The notes: generated by a model not told the origin, from the letters alone. 64,000 nt of DNA from a virus (IMGVR_UViG_3300005544_000020:172091-236090); one strand, 5' to 3'; counted from the stretch's first letter, positions 35,338 to 44,958 are shown. Numbers and translations are program-made.

Positions 35338-35835
35338 TCAGGGTATTGCTTTCAAGCAGCAGAGGACTTCTCCCCAGGAAAAGACCGGCATTACCGGCCC
35401 AACCAGAGGTCCTGCACGCCTCATTTCCTCAAGGCTCGGATTGAAAAGAATTCGGTGCGGCACGATGTCATACATGTATCCCAGAACCTCGAGCTTGTCG
35501 TCGATGAAGTGGGTCAGGCCCAGTTTTTGAGCGATCGGCGCCTTGTCCGCGCGCTGCCGGCAGAAGTGAACCTTGTCCTCGGACATCCCAGTCTGCTCGT
35601 AGAAGCCGTTGTGCTTCAGCCATTCACGGCTCTTCCGTTCGATGTTCGCGCCGCACTTCGAGATGATGTAAGTTTCATTCGGGAACAATTCCTTGTTGAT
35701 CTTGGAGATTACTTGCATGGCGCCGTCGACCGCGTGGGCATTCAGATAGTTCGCCCCGAACAAGGAGGTATCCGAATTGTCGTTCCGGGCCCGGTCGATG
35801 ATGACGCCGCCGATGTCGATGCCGATCTTGTTCAC
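35338..35835 (-). CDS. HAD-superfamily hydrolase-like protein
   Basis: IGIDIGGVI, ISKC, DKAPI..LGLTHFIDDKLEVL. Confidence 0.75.
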   Translation of the reverse strand: MNKIGIDIGGVIIDRARNDNSDTSLFGANYLNAHAVDGAMQVISKINKELFPNETYIISKCGANIERKSREWLKHNGFYEQTGMSEDKVHFCRQRADKAPIAQKLGLTHFIDDKLEVLGYMYDIVPHRILFNPSLEEMRRAGPLVGPVMPVFSWGEVLCCLKAIP

Positions 35836-36077
35836 TTCACGTCCCTTTTCTTGGTAGCTTCCACCGAAATCACGAACACATCCCCCTTGTCGTTAAGCTC
35901 GAGGCCTAACATGTCGCCGGGATAGAGCATGTAACGGTAAGGACTGCCCTTCTTGGCAAATCGCCCGACATCCCATCTCCGATCCGGCTTCCTGCCCGTC
36001 ATCTCGACGAACGTCTCTTTCGTGACGAGAAGGCAGAAGCACTCCAGATCGCCGGACGGGATTCCTTCGAAGATCAT
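35832..36077 (-). CDS. hypothetical protein
   Basis: Overlapping start/stop at both ends. Confidence 0.65.
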   Translation of the reverse strand: MIFEGIPSGDLECFCLLVTKETFVEMTGRKPDRRWDVGRFAKKGSPYRYMLYPGDMLGLELNDKGDVFVISVEATKKRDVK

Positions 36078-36556
36078 TCCGCAGCCTCTTCCACGATCTC
36101 TTTAGCGTCCACGTTGACGGTCGGCTCCACGATCCCCTGGATCGAAGCATTCGGGAAATGCTTGAGCACAATCAGCGTGTTCTCCAACACCTCGGGGGTG
36201 TTCATCATCTTGCCCATCTCGGACATCTTGGTCACACAGCCCGGCCCGGTTCCCACGACGATCACGTCGAGCTCAGGATGCTGGACCTTGGTCGAGAGGC
36301 CCGTGGCATCCCACTCCGAAGCCCTCATCGCCGTCCACATGCCGAAAGGGCCCTCATCCAAGGGGCGGTCGTCTTCGATCGCCAGAATGATCCAGTGCAA
36401 TCTGGCGATGCAGAATTTCTTCTGAGGCTGGCAGTCGCATTCATTGAGCGACCAGCCGGCGGGACACCGGTTCTCCGGATTCTTCCAGAGCTGGCCCAGA
36501 ATTGCTGCGCCTTTTTTCAGGCGCTCAGCATGCGGAAGCTGCGGTTTTGTCGTCAT
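36074..36556 (-). CDS. hypothetical protein
   Basis: ORF track. Confidence 0.7.
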   Translation of the reverse strand: MTTKPQLPHAERLKKGAAILGQLWKNPENRCPAGWSLNECDCQPQKKFCIARLHWIILAIEDDRPLDEGPFGMWTAMRASEWDATGLSTKVQHPELDVIVVGTGPGCVTKMSEMGKMMNTPEVLENTLIVLKHFPNASIQGIVEPTVNVDAKEIVEEAAE

Positions 36557-37400
36557 TGCTTACCTTTACAAGTTCGCCCATGCACCCGGCATAGAACGGA
36601 CACCATCCTGGCTTGCAGAGCCAAGTGCTTGGATTCGCGATATAGATCCCGTGATGAATCGTCTCCCAGACCTGGGCCGCCACCTTCACGAAATACTCCC
36701 GATGCTTCTGACCCATAGTGAAGGGAATGCGCTCTACATGAGGGTCATTGTTCTCTCCTCGGACGAGGAAAATCTTCTCGCACTTGAGCTCTTGCTCGCC
36801 GACCACGGGCCATGCCCAAAGGCTGTAGGCGGCGAACTGGAGCCAGGTGCTTTTCGCCCGGTTCGAGACCTTCTTGCCCGTCGACTTCCAGTCCATCAGG
36901 ACGCCCGAGGCGTCCAGCATGTCCACGTATCCGATGATCGGGCACAGACCGACCTTCGTACGGACCTCGAGATCAATCCGCTGCTCGACGACCGGAGCAT
37001 TGCCGATCATCCAGGGCCTGACCGTAGGAAGCACCTGTTCCCTGGCGATTCTGATCAAGGGCCGATAGGTCCGACGCAATTCTTCGATAGGATCGTCGGC
37101 CTCTTCCTTCCAGCCGACAAACCAGGGCTTTTCTTCCTGCTCCTTCTGCTCTTTTTCCCAAGCCGGCTCGAAGCGATCGTCCATGGTCTTCCAGTCGGGA
37201 TAGACGCCTCTCTTGGCATACTCCCGGAGTGCATCTTCGATGACGTGGTGGACGACGACGCCGGCGTGAGCCTTCCAGCTCCTGGGCTCGGGAATCTTGT
37301 GGATGTATTGGAGCTCGAAGTTCTTCGGACAAAGGAGAATCTTCTCGATCTTCGAGACCGAGAGATTCTTCATGGGACTAGGAGCGGCGATATCGAACAT
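36525..37400 (-). CDS. PD-(D/E)XK exonuclease, AddB/Cas4-like, with four-Cys cluster
   Basis: LSVSKI..LCP, GVVVH, GYVD, MDWKS, QFAAY, C-terminal CKPGWCPFYAGC. Confidence 0.85.
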   Translation of the reverse strand: MFDIAAPSPMKNLSVSKIEKILLCPKNFELQYIHKIPEPRSWKAHAGVVVHHVIEDALREYAKRGVYPDWKTMDDRFEPAWEKEQKEQEEKPWFVGWKEEADDPIEELRRTYRPLIRIAREQVLPTVRPWMIGNAPVVEQRIDLEVRTKVGLCPIIGYVDMLDASGVLMDWKSTGKKVSNRAKSTWLQFAAYSLWAWPVVGEQELKCEKIFLVRGENNDPHVERIPFTMGQKHREYFVKVAAQVWETIHHGIYIANPSTWLCKPGWCPFYAGCMGELVKVSNDDKTAASAC

Positions 37401-37679
37401 TTAGTCGATGCTTTTTTCCATCACGATCGGCAGACGGCCGCGCTTTTCCGATTCGCTTTCCGCCAGGTCAATAGCCCTGCTTTCTGTGAACTCGAACTGC
37501 CCGAGCTGCTCTTCCTTCCCATCGGGATGAATCAAGTAGATGATCCATCCCGCGCACCCTGTGTCGCAGCCGAAATACGCAGCCGCTCCCTGGATCCGCG
37601 GAGCAGGAGGTTCTCCGGATAGGAGTCTCCATTCCTGCTGGATCTTGATCCAAGATCCGTCATACAGATCCGGCTTCAC
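37401..37679 (-). CDS. hypothetical protein
   Basis: GTGA-coupled start VKPDLYDG. Confidence 0.6.
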   Translation of the reverse strand: MKPDLYDGSWIKIQQEWRLLSGEPPAPRIQGAAAYFGCDTGCAGWIIYLIHPDGKEEQLGQFEFTESRAIDLAESESEKRGRLPIVMEKSID

Positions 37680-38110
37680 GGTTCGAATACCTCGATCGAC
37701 ATCTCCATGTCGCCCAGACTCGCCTGGATCATCGGCTTCACCTTGGCCCATTCCAGACTCCCAAGGCCGCAGCCAAGCGCCGGAAGGGCGAGCGAAAGAA
37801 CCGCCCATTCGTCGAGCTTCGTCCGAAGTGCGGCCAATCCCTTCTCGATGTACTCGTACTGAGAAGGCTTCCGCCAGTCGTCCTTCGTCGGGAAGTTCAC
37901 CACCCACTTCTCCTTCCCTTTCCAGATCGTGGGTGCGCCGATCGCCAGCCGCTTGTCCAAAAGATCGTTCGTATAGGCTTCAAAGAGCCCCGGAAACCTG
38001 TTCTTGAATTCCAAGGCCAAGCCCTTTCCCATCGCCCCTCTCAGATTGACCGTGTTGACGATGGTCTGGGCATTCGCCTGGAAGATATTTCCCTTCAGAT
38101 ATCTGATCAT
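37676..38110 (-). CDS. macrodomain protein (DarG/Poa1p-like)
   Basis: GNIF, IVNTVN..GAMGKGLALEFK, VNFPTK..WRKPS, LALPALGCGLG. Confidence 0.9.
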   Translation of the reverse strand: MIRYLKGNIFQANAQTIVNTVNLRGAMGKGLALEFKNRFPGLFEAYTNDLLDKRLAIGAPTIWKGKEKWVVNFPTKDDWRKPSQYEYIEKGLAALRTKLDEWAVLSLALPALGCGLGSLEWAKVKPMIQASLGDMEMSIEVFEP

Positions 38111-38130
38111 GGCGTCTGAAGATACTCGTT

Positions 38131-38337
38131 CTACTTTGCATCTGCAAGGTCAGGCTCTTTCTTCCATTCCTTGGTGCGCCACCGGATCCCCGGGATCTTT
38201 CCCGTCTTGTCCTTGATCTTGTGGTAGCAGCTCCCGCAAAGCCGGTATCCCCAATCCAGAAACCGATACTTGCGGCAGCGGCCGCAGACGATCATCCGGT
38301 CCCAGGCCATGGCCGTCAGGAGCCGAAGAAGGCTCAT
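38131..38337 (-). CDS. small Zn-binding hypothetical protein
   Basis: CGRC..CGSC. Confidence 0.6.
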   Translation of the reverse strand: MSLLRLLTAMAWDRMIVCGRCRKYRFLDWGYRLCGSCYHKIKDKTGKIPGIRWRTKEWKKEPDLADAK

Positions 38338-38687
38338 TTCGCACCGATCCTATAGGCATCCCCGGATAAGTGCCGCGCGTATTCCGCAGCCGTCTTCCAC
38401 TGGCGCTTGCACTTCCGGCATTGGACAAGATAGGGCTTCTTGCCTTCGATTTTCTCCACGAAGATGACGTCGGACGACGTCCCCCAAGTCGTCACCCGCT
38501 GCATCGAGATCGAATCACAGTGCGGACATCTTCCTGGACCGCCGATCACGAGCTTGCTGTTCCGGCTCCGCTTCTCGAGCGGATCCAGGACCAACCGGAT
38601 GTAGCAATGCCCGCATTTATCGCCGTACACGGCCTGATGACCGCATTTGCAATTCCTAGGTTTCGGAGGATCTGGGATCCTGCACAT
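38334..38687 (-). CDS. multi-CxxC Zn-ribbon protein
   Basis: CKC, CGHC, CPHC, CRKC. Confidence 0.6.
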   Translation of the reverse strand: MCRIPDPPKPRNCKCGHQAVYGDKCGHCYIRLVLDPLEKRSRNSKLVIGGPGRCPHCDSISMQRVTTWGTSSDVIFVEKIEGKKPYLVQCRKCKRQWKTAAEYARHLSGDAYRIGAK

Positions 38688-38689
38688 AG

Positions 38690-39205
38690 CTAAAACAGAA
38701 TATCCCCGGAAGACGCCATCAATTCGTCGTACTTGAAGTGGTTTCCGTGCTCGAGGCAATCCTTGATATTCACCATCGGGCCCGAGAAGCCCAGGTGGCT
38801 GCTCTTCCATTTCAAGATCACGTACTGAGGCACGTTCTCTCGAAGGCTGACGAAATCGACGCCGAACGGGGTGATCGACCACATGCCGCTGGTCTTCTTG
38901 AAGCGGTCGTTGTTCGGCGCTTCTTCGACAAGGCCCCAGGAGGACAGGACGCCGAATTCGCCGCGGGCCTTTTCCTTGTCGAACTGTTTCACATGGAAGA
39001 ATTTCTGCTGATTCATGGATGCGCTGGTCAGGCGATAGAGTCGAACGAGACTGCGCGCCATCGACCGGGACAGTCGACGATGGTAGACCTTCAGAAAACG
39101 TCCGCAGGTCGGGCAATCCTGGCCTTCATCGCGGATCGGATCCTGCCACCAGGGATAATCCCGAAAGACCCCGGTCGGGACGCCCATCGACGCTGTGAGG
39201 TCCAT
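38690..39205 (-). CDS. hypothetical phage protein (CxxC plus winged-helix-like region)
   Basis: CPTCG..KVYHRRL...WGLVEE..GMWSITPFG. Confidence 0.75.
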   Translation of the reverse strand: MDLTASMGVPTGVFRDYPWWQDPIRDEGQDCPTCGRFLKVYHRRLSRSMARSLVRLYRLTSASMNQQKFFHVKQFDKEKARGEFGVLSSWGLVEEAPNNDRFKKTSGMWSITPFGVDFVSLRENVPQYVILKWKSSHLGFSGPMVNIKDCLEHGNHFKYDELMASSGDILF

Positions 39206-39411
39206 CAGCGCCTCATCTTCCTGTAAATCAGAGCCTCGGCAACGATAGCGCCCGTCGCGAAGACTAGGCCATAAAACACCACGAGGTCGATCGCGAAGTG
39301 TCTCCAGTTCTGCTCTCGTGCCTTCGCGAAGATCTCGAATACCGTAGTAACTTGCAGCACGATTAGCAGGATTGCTCCCATGACCACCATCGGACGATTC
39401 GGCTTGATCAC
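39205..39411 (-). CDS. two-TM membrane protein
   Basis: Two hydrophobic helices. Confidence 0.65.
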   Translation of the reverse strand: MIKPNRPMVVMGAILLIVLQVTTVFEIFAKAREQNWRHFAIDLVVFYGLVFATGAIVAEALIYRKMRR

Positions 39412-39983
39412 CACACCACCAGCTTTCCATCGTCGCGCAGCGTGAACGTCGTTTCCTTCACGTCGAAGTGGACCATGATGTCGTAGATCTCGTCGAACTT
39501 CAGATCCGAGGTATATTCCGGCCTGACGGATCTATAAGCAATCCCGTCCTCCCGAAAGACCAGGTTGTTCGGCCCGACCACGATCCGACGGAGATTCTCC
39601 AAGTTCTTGTACATGGCCCGCTGGCTGATCTCCGGTTCCTTGTCGTTCCATTCGAAGAAGACGTGCTCCGGATCCATCTTGACCGCGACCGCCGAATAGC
39701 GCCGGCGAAGGACATTCCCGCACACGATGTACACGCACTTGTCCTGGAACTCATCCCAGACCTTCTGGGCGGCTTCCCGGGTTCCGTGATGGATGAAGGG
39801 AAGGCTGATCGCCTGCGTGGAACCTTCCCTCGTGTCAGCCCTCATGCCCCACGTCTTCCCTGCGCTTTGAAATCCCGCGATCGCCTTCATGATCTCCGCC
39901 TGGTTGAAGCAGACGACATACGGCAGCACGTAGTCCTTGCCGAAGGTCTCTTCAATCCACTTCAAGCGGGCGACTTTCTTCAA
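39408..39983 (-). CDS. hypothetical protein
   Basis: TTGA-coupled start MKKVARL. Confidence 0.7.
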   Translation of the reverse strand: MKKVARLKWIEETFGKDYVLPYVVCFNQAEIMKAIAGFQSAGKTWGMRADTREGSTQAISLPFIHHGTREAAQKVWDEFQDKCVYIVCGNVLRRRYSAVAVKMDPEHVFFEWNDKEPEISQRAMYKNLENLRRIVVGPNNLVFREDGIAYRSVRPEYTSDLKFDEIYDIMVHFDVKETTFTLRDDGKLVVW

Positions 39984-40255
39984 GCGGCTCCCTCTACGGG
40001 GCTCACCTCGATGATGTCGTTCTCGGTGATGCAGTCGGTTTTGAAATAAACCTCGAGCGCGGCGACCGCTGGTTCTTCTCCCTTCACGCCCGTAGCCTTT
40101 GCTACGTCGCACTCGCGATTGAACCATTCGATGGCATTCCGGAGTTTCCGGACCGCCTCTTTCGCACTCTTCGCCCGCATCGTGGCGCAGAAGCCGATAG
40201 GGCCGTTCTGCGAGTCGCCCAGGCTGAACAGATACTCCTTCTCCATCGACATCAA
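39980..40255 (-). CDS. hypothetical protein
   Basis: ORF track. Confidence 0.7.
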   Translation of the reverse strand: MMSMEKEYLFSLGDSQNGPIGFCATMRAKSAKEAVRKLRNAIEWFNRECDVAKATGVKGEEPAVAALEVYFKTDCITENDIIEVSPVEGAA

Positions 40256-40671
40256 CTAAATTCTCCAACGATCAGATCCCAGGTCCCCTCGCCGTGACCG
40301 ATGCAGCGGCGGTTGTCGACACTCGCGCGCACGAGCCCATTGGGGCCCTTTTCCGAATAATTCTTCTCGTGGAAGTCATCCCACGAAGCGTACATGGAAG
40401 GAACCTTGTTCCAGTCTCTTCCGATGCCCTGGCGGTCACGGATGACTTCCAGCATCATCTGTGAGGAGATCTCTCGACCGTATTCGTCTTCGACATGATT
40501 CTTCTTGTCGTGGAAGAGTGGGATCCAGTCGGCAAGATCTTTGATGCCGTCCTCGGGATAGACGTGGAGCGCGAAGGCCCAGCCCGCGCTCGACTTTCCG
40601 ATGTGCTTCTTCTCGTCACTGCGGCCACAGTGAGAGCAGCGGTTCGGACAGAGGTAGTAGTTCGTTCCCAT
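40252..40671 (-). CDS. hypothetical phage protein
   Basis: MGTNYY..HIGKSSAGWAF..DEYG pattern. Confidence 0.75.
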   Translation of the reverse strand: MGTNYYLCPNRCSHCGRSDEKKHIGKSSAGWAFALHVYPEDGIKDLADWIPLFHDKKNHVEDEYGREISSQMMLEVIRDRQGIGRDWNKVPSMYASWDDFHEKNYSEKGPNGLVRASVDNRRCIGHGEGTWDLIVGEFS

Positions 40672-40674
40672 GGC

Positions 40675-40905
40675 TTATAGTTTCAGACGTTTAAATACGA
40701 AAATCACTCCCGGCTCATAGATGCTGCAGGCCACTTGGCCTGCCGCCGGCGAGAGCTGGACGAGTTCCCAGCCCTCTTCGCCGCGGGCGTTGAGAAACGC
40801 CTGGACATGATCGATAGGACTCATCGCATTCGTTTTGACGATCCCGATGCCTTGGCCTTGATAGTACCTCGACACGCCTTCGACCAAGTACTCCCACTTA
40901 GGCAT
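40675..40905 (-). CDS. DUF4177-like protein
   Basis: KWEY..LNARGEEGWELV..FKR. Confidence 0.7.
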   Translation of the reverse strand: MPKWEYLVEGVSRYYQGQGIGIVKTNAMSPIDHVQAFLNARGEEGWELVQLSPAAGQVACSIYEPGVIFVFKRLKL

Positions 40906-41483
40906 CAGATTCCCCTCTCAGCCAGTCGGCCTTCGATCTGGCCGAGGCGATTCTGAAGATCCTGCTGAGTCTTCTGGGTATGGTCCGCGAAGGGACGAAT
41001 GCCCATGGTCGATTCAAACATCGTCTGCATGCTGCTCGCCATCCACTGCACCATTGCCTCGTGGACCGTCTTGGGGAAGGTCTCCTTGATGATCGCGATG
41101 ACCTCATCCTTCATGGCTTGGATCTTCGGATCGCTCTCAATGGTCTTCTTGACTTCGGCCTTGTAGGTCTCCATCACCCCTTCGGTGATCGTCTTGATCA
41201 TGATCTCCTTAGTGGACTTGAAGTCGCGCATCTTGTCGCGGAAATCGTACCCGCCACGGATCTGCTGTTCCGTCTCCTTCTCCCGGTAGGACGGAGTGGT
41301 GGCCTGGATATGAGCGATCACTTCGCGCTCCTTCGTCAGGCGCTCGAAGTCATAGGGCTCCTTGAGCCATTTCTCCATGGTCTGCCGAGCGACATCCACC
41401 TTCTGCTCGGGCGTCAGGTTGTTGAGGATCTCGACCACGGACTTCGAGAGTTCACCGGGATTCACGTCCAGTTCGATCTTCAT
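40905..41483 (-). CDS. helical hypothetical protein
   Basis: ORF track. Confidence 0.75.
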   Translation of the reverse strand: MKIELDVNPGELSKSVVEILNNLTPEQKVDVARQTMEKWLKEPYDFERLTKEREVIAHIQATTPSYREKETEQQIRGGYDFRDKMRDFKSTKEIMIKTITEGVMETYKAEVKKTIESDPKIQAMKDEVIAIIKETFPKTVHEAMVQWMASSMQTMFESTMGIRPFADHTQKTQQDLQNRLGQIEGRLAERGI

Positions 41484-41493
41484 AAGTCCCCTT

Positions 41494-42234
41494 TTACTTG
41501 CTGCTGATGGTAAAGGCCGGTTCTGAGGGCATCTTGCTCTTGTCTTCCGGTTCCGTCGTATATTCCATGACCGTGAAGCCGCAAATGATCTGGAAGGGAG
41601 GATGCTTGAGATCCGCCGGGGCCTGGATCTCCATCCTCACGATCATCTTGTTCTGAACGAAGATGCCCAAGCGCTTCGCCGGATCCGCAGTCATCTCCTT
41701 CTGATTCAGCGCGACCGCCAGGCAGATGTGCTTATGGCCCATGGGATTGATGACCGGAGACCAGCCACGAACGCCGCCTCCGTCCTTGGCGATCAGATAA
41801 TCGTCAATCGGCGATTTGTTGATGACGGGAGAGTCGTCGAACTTGCACTGGATCGTGCAACGTCGGAGCTGCTCGAAGACTTCATCGGTGGTATTCGCGT
41901 GGACCCTGATCCACGGCCGAACGACCATGAAGGCGTTGTTCTGACCGCAGGATGCGCGCAGGAAGAACGTTTCGACGCCTTCCGCCAAGCTATTTTCAGG
42001 AACGTCGTACGAAGATTTCCAATCCGGTTTGAGGAATCGCCTGACGCCGTATGCGACATCCTTGACCTGATCGATCAGCCCGGCATAGTCCGGGAAATCG
42101 AACTCGTCGGGATGCGACAGGTTCGTGCGAAGGCGGTCGAGAAGCCAGCGGACTTCCTCTCTCGAGATGTCCTTGCCCTGCTCCACGACATGAGCCAGGA
42201 ACGCCAGCTTCTTCCGATCTTCGTCTGTCAGCAT
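41494..42234 (-). CDS. hypothetical protein
   Basis: ORF track. Confidence 0.75.
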   Translation of the reverse strand: MLTDEDRKKLAFLAHVVEQGKDISREEVRWLLDRLRTNLSHPDEFDFPDYAGLIDQVKDVAYGVRRFLKPDWKSSYDVPENSLAEGVETFFLRASCGQNNAFMVVRPWIRVHANTTDEVFEQLRRCTIQCKFDDSPVINKSPIDDYLIAKDGGGVRGWSPVINPMGHKHICLAVALNQKEMTADPAKRLGIFVQNKMIVRMEIQAPADLKHPPFQIICGFTVMEYTTEPEDKSKMPSEPAFTISSK

Positions 42235-42235
42235 G

Positions 42236-42649
42236 CTACCGCCGCGGTAAATATCCTAGTGCAGCTCCGAGAATAATGCCGAGAGAAATCAGAGATGCTA
42301 CGAGCACGTAGAAAACCATGCTTGTCAGCCGGAAGGCGTATTTTGTGGGCGGCTCTTCCGGCTTGGCATTCTTGATCGCCTGAAGGCCATAGACCGAACA
42401 GGCCGGGCAAGCCACCGCGAGACTGATTTCCCTGTCGGAACTAAGACAGTATCGAACGCGTTCCGAAGGAAAATACTCCGGCTTGGGCATCATTCCGGTC
42501 TCGGGATTCTGGTCCGCGGGCACGATCGTCAGCACGCTCCAGCCCTTGGGAAGCCCCCTCTGCGAGTCTTCTGCAATCAAGACCTCGTTGTGCTTGCAGA
42601 AATCGCAGACGTAGGTCGTCCGGACTTCCCTGCTCTGCTTAACACCCAA
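42236..42649 (-). CDS. Zn-binding protein with C-terminal TM helix
   Basis: CDFC..CPAC; hydrophobic C-terminus. Confidence 0.6.
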   Translation of the reverse strand: MGVKQSREVRTTYVCDFCKHNEVLIAEDSQRGLPKGWSVLTIVPADQNPETGMMPKPEYFPSERVRYCLSSDREISLAVACPACSVYGLQAIKNAKPEEPPTKYAFRLTSMVFYVLVASLISLGIILGAALGYLPRR

Positions 42650-43769
42650 GGACGACCTCCTTCTCGACGGCGATTTCGCCCAAGCCGTCCGAGGCCGGTT
42701 CGACGCTGAAGGTTGCGAAGTCGGCCGCGTAGCGGCTCTTCTTGAGTTCCGCGAGTGCCTGGACGAAGACCGCCCGGATCTCGGCATCCGCCGGCGCGCA
42801 GGCGCGCATCCGGAGCATGCGCTTCCACTGGCCTACCGAAGCGCTGAAGACCAGCTCCGTCAGGAGCGCATTCCCGAGATAGCCTCTGGCGGCGCCGCGG
42901 GCCTGCTTCCGCGCCGTGAACTTGTCCACGCCCTTTTCGATAAGCCAGGGCTGGAGAGTTTCGACCACCTCAGCATAGACCTTCCGGGCCAGATTTTTTA
43001 CCGACCACAGGCGATCGATCCAGTTTGCCGCATCGCGAACGGAGAGGGTCTTCGCCAGATGCTGGTCGTATTCCTGGACGAGCGGATGGTCGATCCACTC
43101 GGATTCATTCTCCTGGACGAAGCGGGTGCTACGCTGGCTGATCCCGGTGCGATCGCCGTGCCGGACGAGCTCATGGCTGAAGCCGCGGCTGCCGACCATG
43201 AACATCGAGACCCACTTCTCCTCGTCGGTCTCGGGCTCCACGGTCGCGCTCACGGACTTGTAGAACCGGATGTTTTGATCGCTGCGACCGCGAGGAGGAA
43301 CCATCATGGGATAGGCTTGCTCGGCATGGAACGAGAGCAGATCCCCAACGCAGAAGGTGGTAACTTCTCCGACCTTGTCGTCGACTCTGATTTCGTCGCT
43401 CCAGGTGTTCCAGTCGAGGATATTCCGGGGATTGAAGGTCACCCGGAAGCCGTCTTCGAAGCGGTTCTCCACCCAGAGGCCGGGACGATTAAGGAAGACC
43501 AGAGGTTCGATCGGCTGCTTGACTTCGACGGTCATGTGCGCGTGCTCATAGACCGAGAGATGACCGACTTCCTTGATATGCTTGTGGTAGTCCGCCGACG
43601 AGCGGCCCGTGCCGACGCTGTCGTAGCAGACCCGGCCCGCGAGTTCGCTGAGTTGTTCTCGGACCAAGCCCTGGAGTTGATCCGCCCGAGGTGTTCCCAT
43701 CTCGGATGGGATGACGATGTTGGTGCTGCCATCCCAGACGAGTTTCGAAGTGACTCCGTACTTACCCAT
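42639..43769 (-). CDS. thyX: FAD-dependent thymidylate synthase
   Basis: GRVCYDS, GHLSVYEH, SHELVRH..SQRSTRF, ARGYLGNA, MRACAPADAEIR. Confidence 0.88.
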   Translation of the reverse strand: MGKYGVTSKLVWDGSTNIVIPSEMGTPRADQLQGLVREQLSELAGRVCYDSVGTGRSSADYHKHIKEVGHLSVYEHAHMTVEVKQPIEPLVFLNRPGLWVENRFEDGFRVTFNPRNILDWNTWSDEIRVDDKVGEVTTFCVGDLLSFHAEQAYPMMVPPRGRSDQNIRFYKSVSATVEPETDEEKWVSMFMVGSRGFSHELVRHGDRTGISQRSTRFVQENESEWIDHPLVQEYDQHLAKTLSVRDAANWIDRLWSVKNLARKVYAEVVETLQPWLIEKGVDKFTARKQARGAARGYLGNALLTELVFSASVGQWKRMLRMRACAPADAEIRAVFVQALAELKKSRYAADFATFSVEPASDGLGEIAVEKEVVLGC

Positions 43770-43808
43770 GCTCTCCTTCCTTACGTTACGGGACCCTCTT
43801 ACTCGGAC

Positions 43809-44924
43809 TTAGAACATCTCCTCGCCGGTTTCGCCCTCAGGGGCCGACTCGGCCGGGGCTGCCTGGACTTCCGGCCCCTTCCAGAGGATGCTCTTGTCCG
43901 ACAGTTTCACGATGTCGTTTCCCACGATCTCAGCCGTCTTCTTCGCGACGGCGTTGATCGCGTTGCCGACCTTCTTGATGTCGTCGTCCGACAGATCCCC
44001 GGGCGAGGGCTTCCCGGTGATGACCGCGAGCTTCTGCCGCGCGATCGCGCCGTCCTGGGTGTTGAAGACCATCTTGCAGACGGCATCCAGCTTCTGGACC
44101 ATCACTTCCTTGCTCATCTTCGGCTTGGAGTCGGCGGGCGGGGCCGGAGGAGCCGCAGCCTTTTTCGGCTCTTCGGTCTTCTTGGGCTCCTCGACCTTCT
44201 TGGCCTCTTCCGGCTTCTTGACTTCTTCGGTTTTCTTGGGCTCCTCGGGCTTCTTCGCTTCCTCCTTCGGAGGCGTCGAAGGCGTTCCCCCCGAAGCGCC
44301 GGCAGGCGGCGTGACCGGCTTCGCAGTGTCCTTGGGCGGAGCCGTGTTTCCTTTCGGCGGAGCGGTGTTTCCCTTCGGCGGCGGCGGGGTGGTCACCTGA
44401 CCGGTCGCCTTCGCGATCATGTTGGTGACCGCATCCTTGGGCATCAGCTTCAGCTTGCCGTTGCGCTCGGCCTTGGTGATGGCTTTCGTCGTGAACTCGG
44501 GATCCTCCACCATGTCGAAGTCGGTGCCGGAATCATCCTTGTACCGCTTGGTCTTCCGGCTCATGCGCTTGTGGCCGAAGGTCGAGTCGAGCGCGATCTC
44601 CTGACCCGTCGCCGGATTCACGAAGAAGCGCTGGACCTTGACCCAGACGTTGATGCATTCCGGATCGAGCGGGCAGATCTCGATCTTCGGTTCGCCTTGG
44701 ACGCGGTAGACTTCGCCCTGTTTGGCGAACTCCCGGGCCGCCCAAAGGGCGCCTGCCGAGCTCAGGCCGTGCTTGCCGTTCACCTTGTAGGTGAACCCCG
44801 CAGTCACACGCTTCGCCATGGCCTCGATGATCTTCTTGTCGTCCGCCAGGTCGAATCTCTCGAGGAGTCCGCCGTTCGACGGGGCATCAGGCACGCTCAG
44901 CTCCTTGCTCGGATTTTCCGACAT
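43809..44924 (-). CDS. putative single-strand annealing protein (Rad52/Sak-like N-domain) with P/K/E-rich linker
   Basis: TKAITKAERN motif; PEEAKK-type repeats; next to RusA-like and SSB genes. Confidence 0.45.
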   Translation of the reverse strand: MSENPSKELSVPDAPSNGGLLERFDLADDKKIIEAMAKRVTAGFTYKVNGKHGLSSAGALWAAREFAKQGEVYRVQGEPKIEICPLDPECINVWVKVQRFFVNPATGQEIALDSTFGHKRMSRKTKRYKDDSGTDFDMVEDPEFTTKAITKAERNGKLKLMPKDAVTNMIAKATGQVTTPPPPKGNTAPPKGNTAPPKDTAKPVTPPAGASGGTPSTPPKEEAKKPEEPKKTEEVKKPEEAKKVEEPKKTEEPKKAAAPPAPPADSKPKMSKEVMVQKLDAVCKMVFNTQDGAIARQKLAVITGKPSPGDLSDDDIKKVGNAINAVAKKTAEIVGNDIVKLSDKSILWKGPEVQAAPAESAPEGETGEEMF

Positions 44925-44958
44925 GTTCGTTTCCTCGTTTACCTTTTCGAGCTTCCGA

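Noticed and set aside
36525-37400. Cas4 / CRISPR system
   Set aside because: No repeat-spacer array or other cas genes were seen; the context is recombination (SSB, RusA-like, annealing-like protein)
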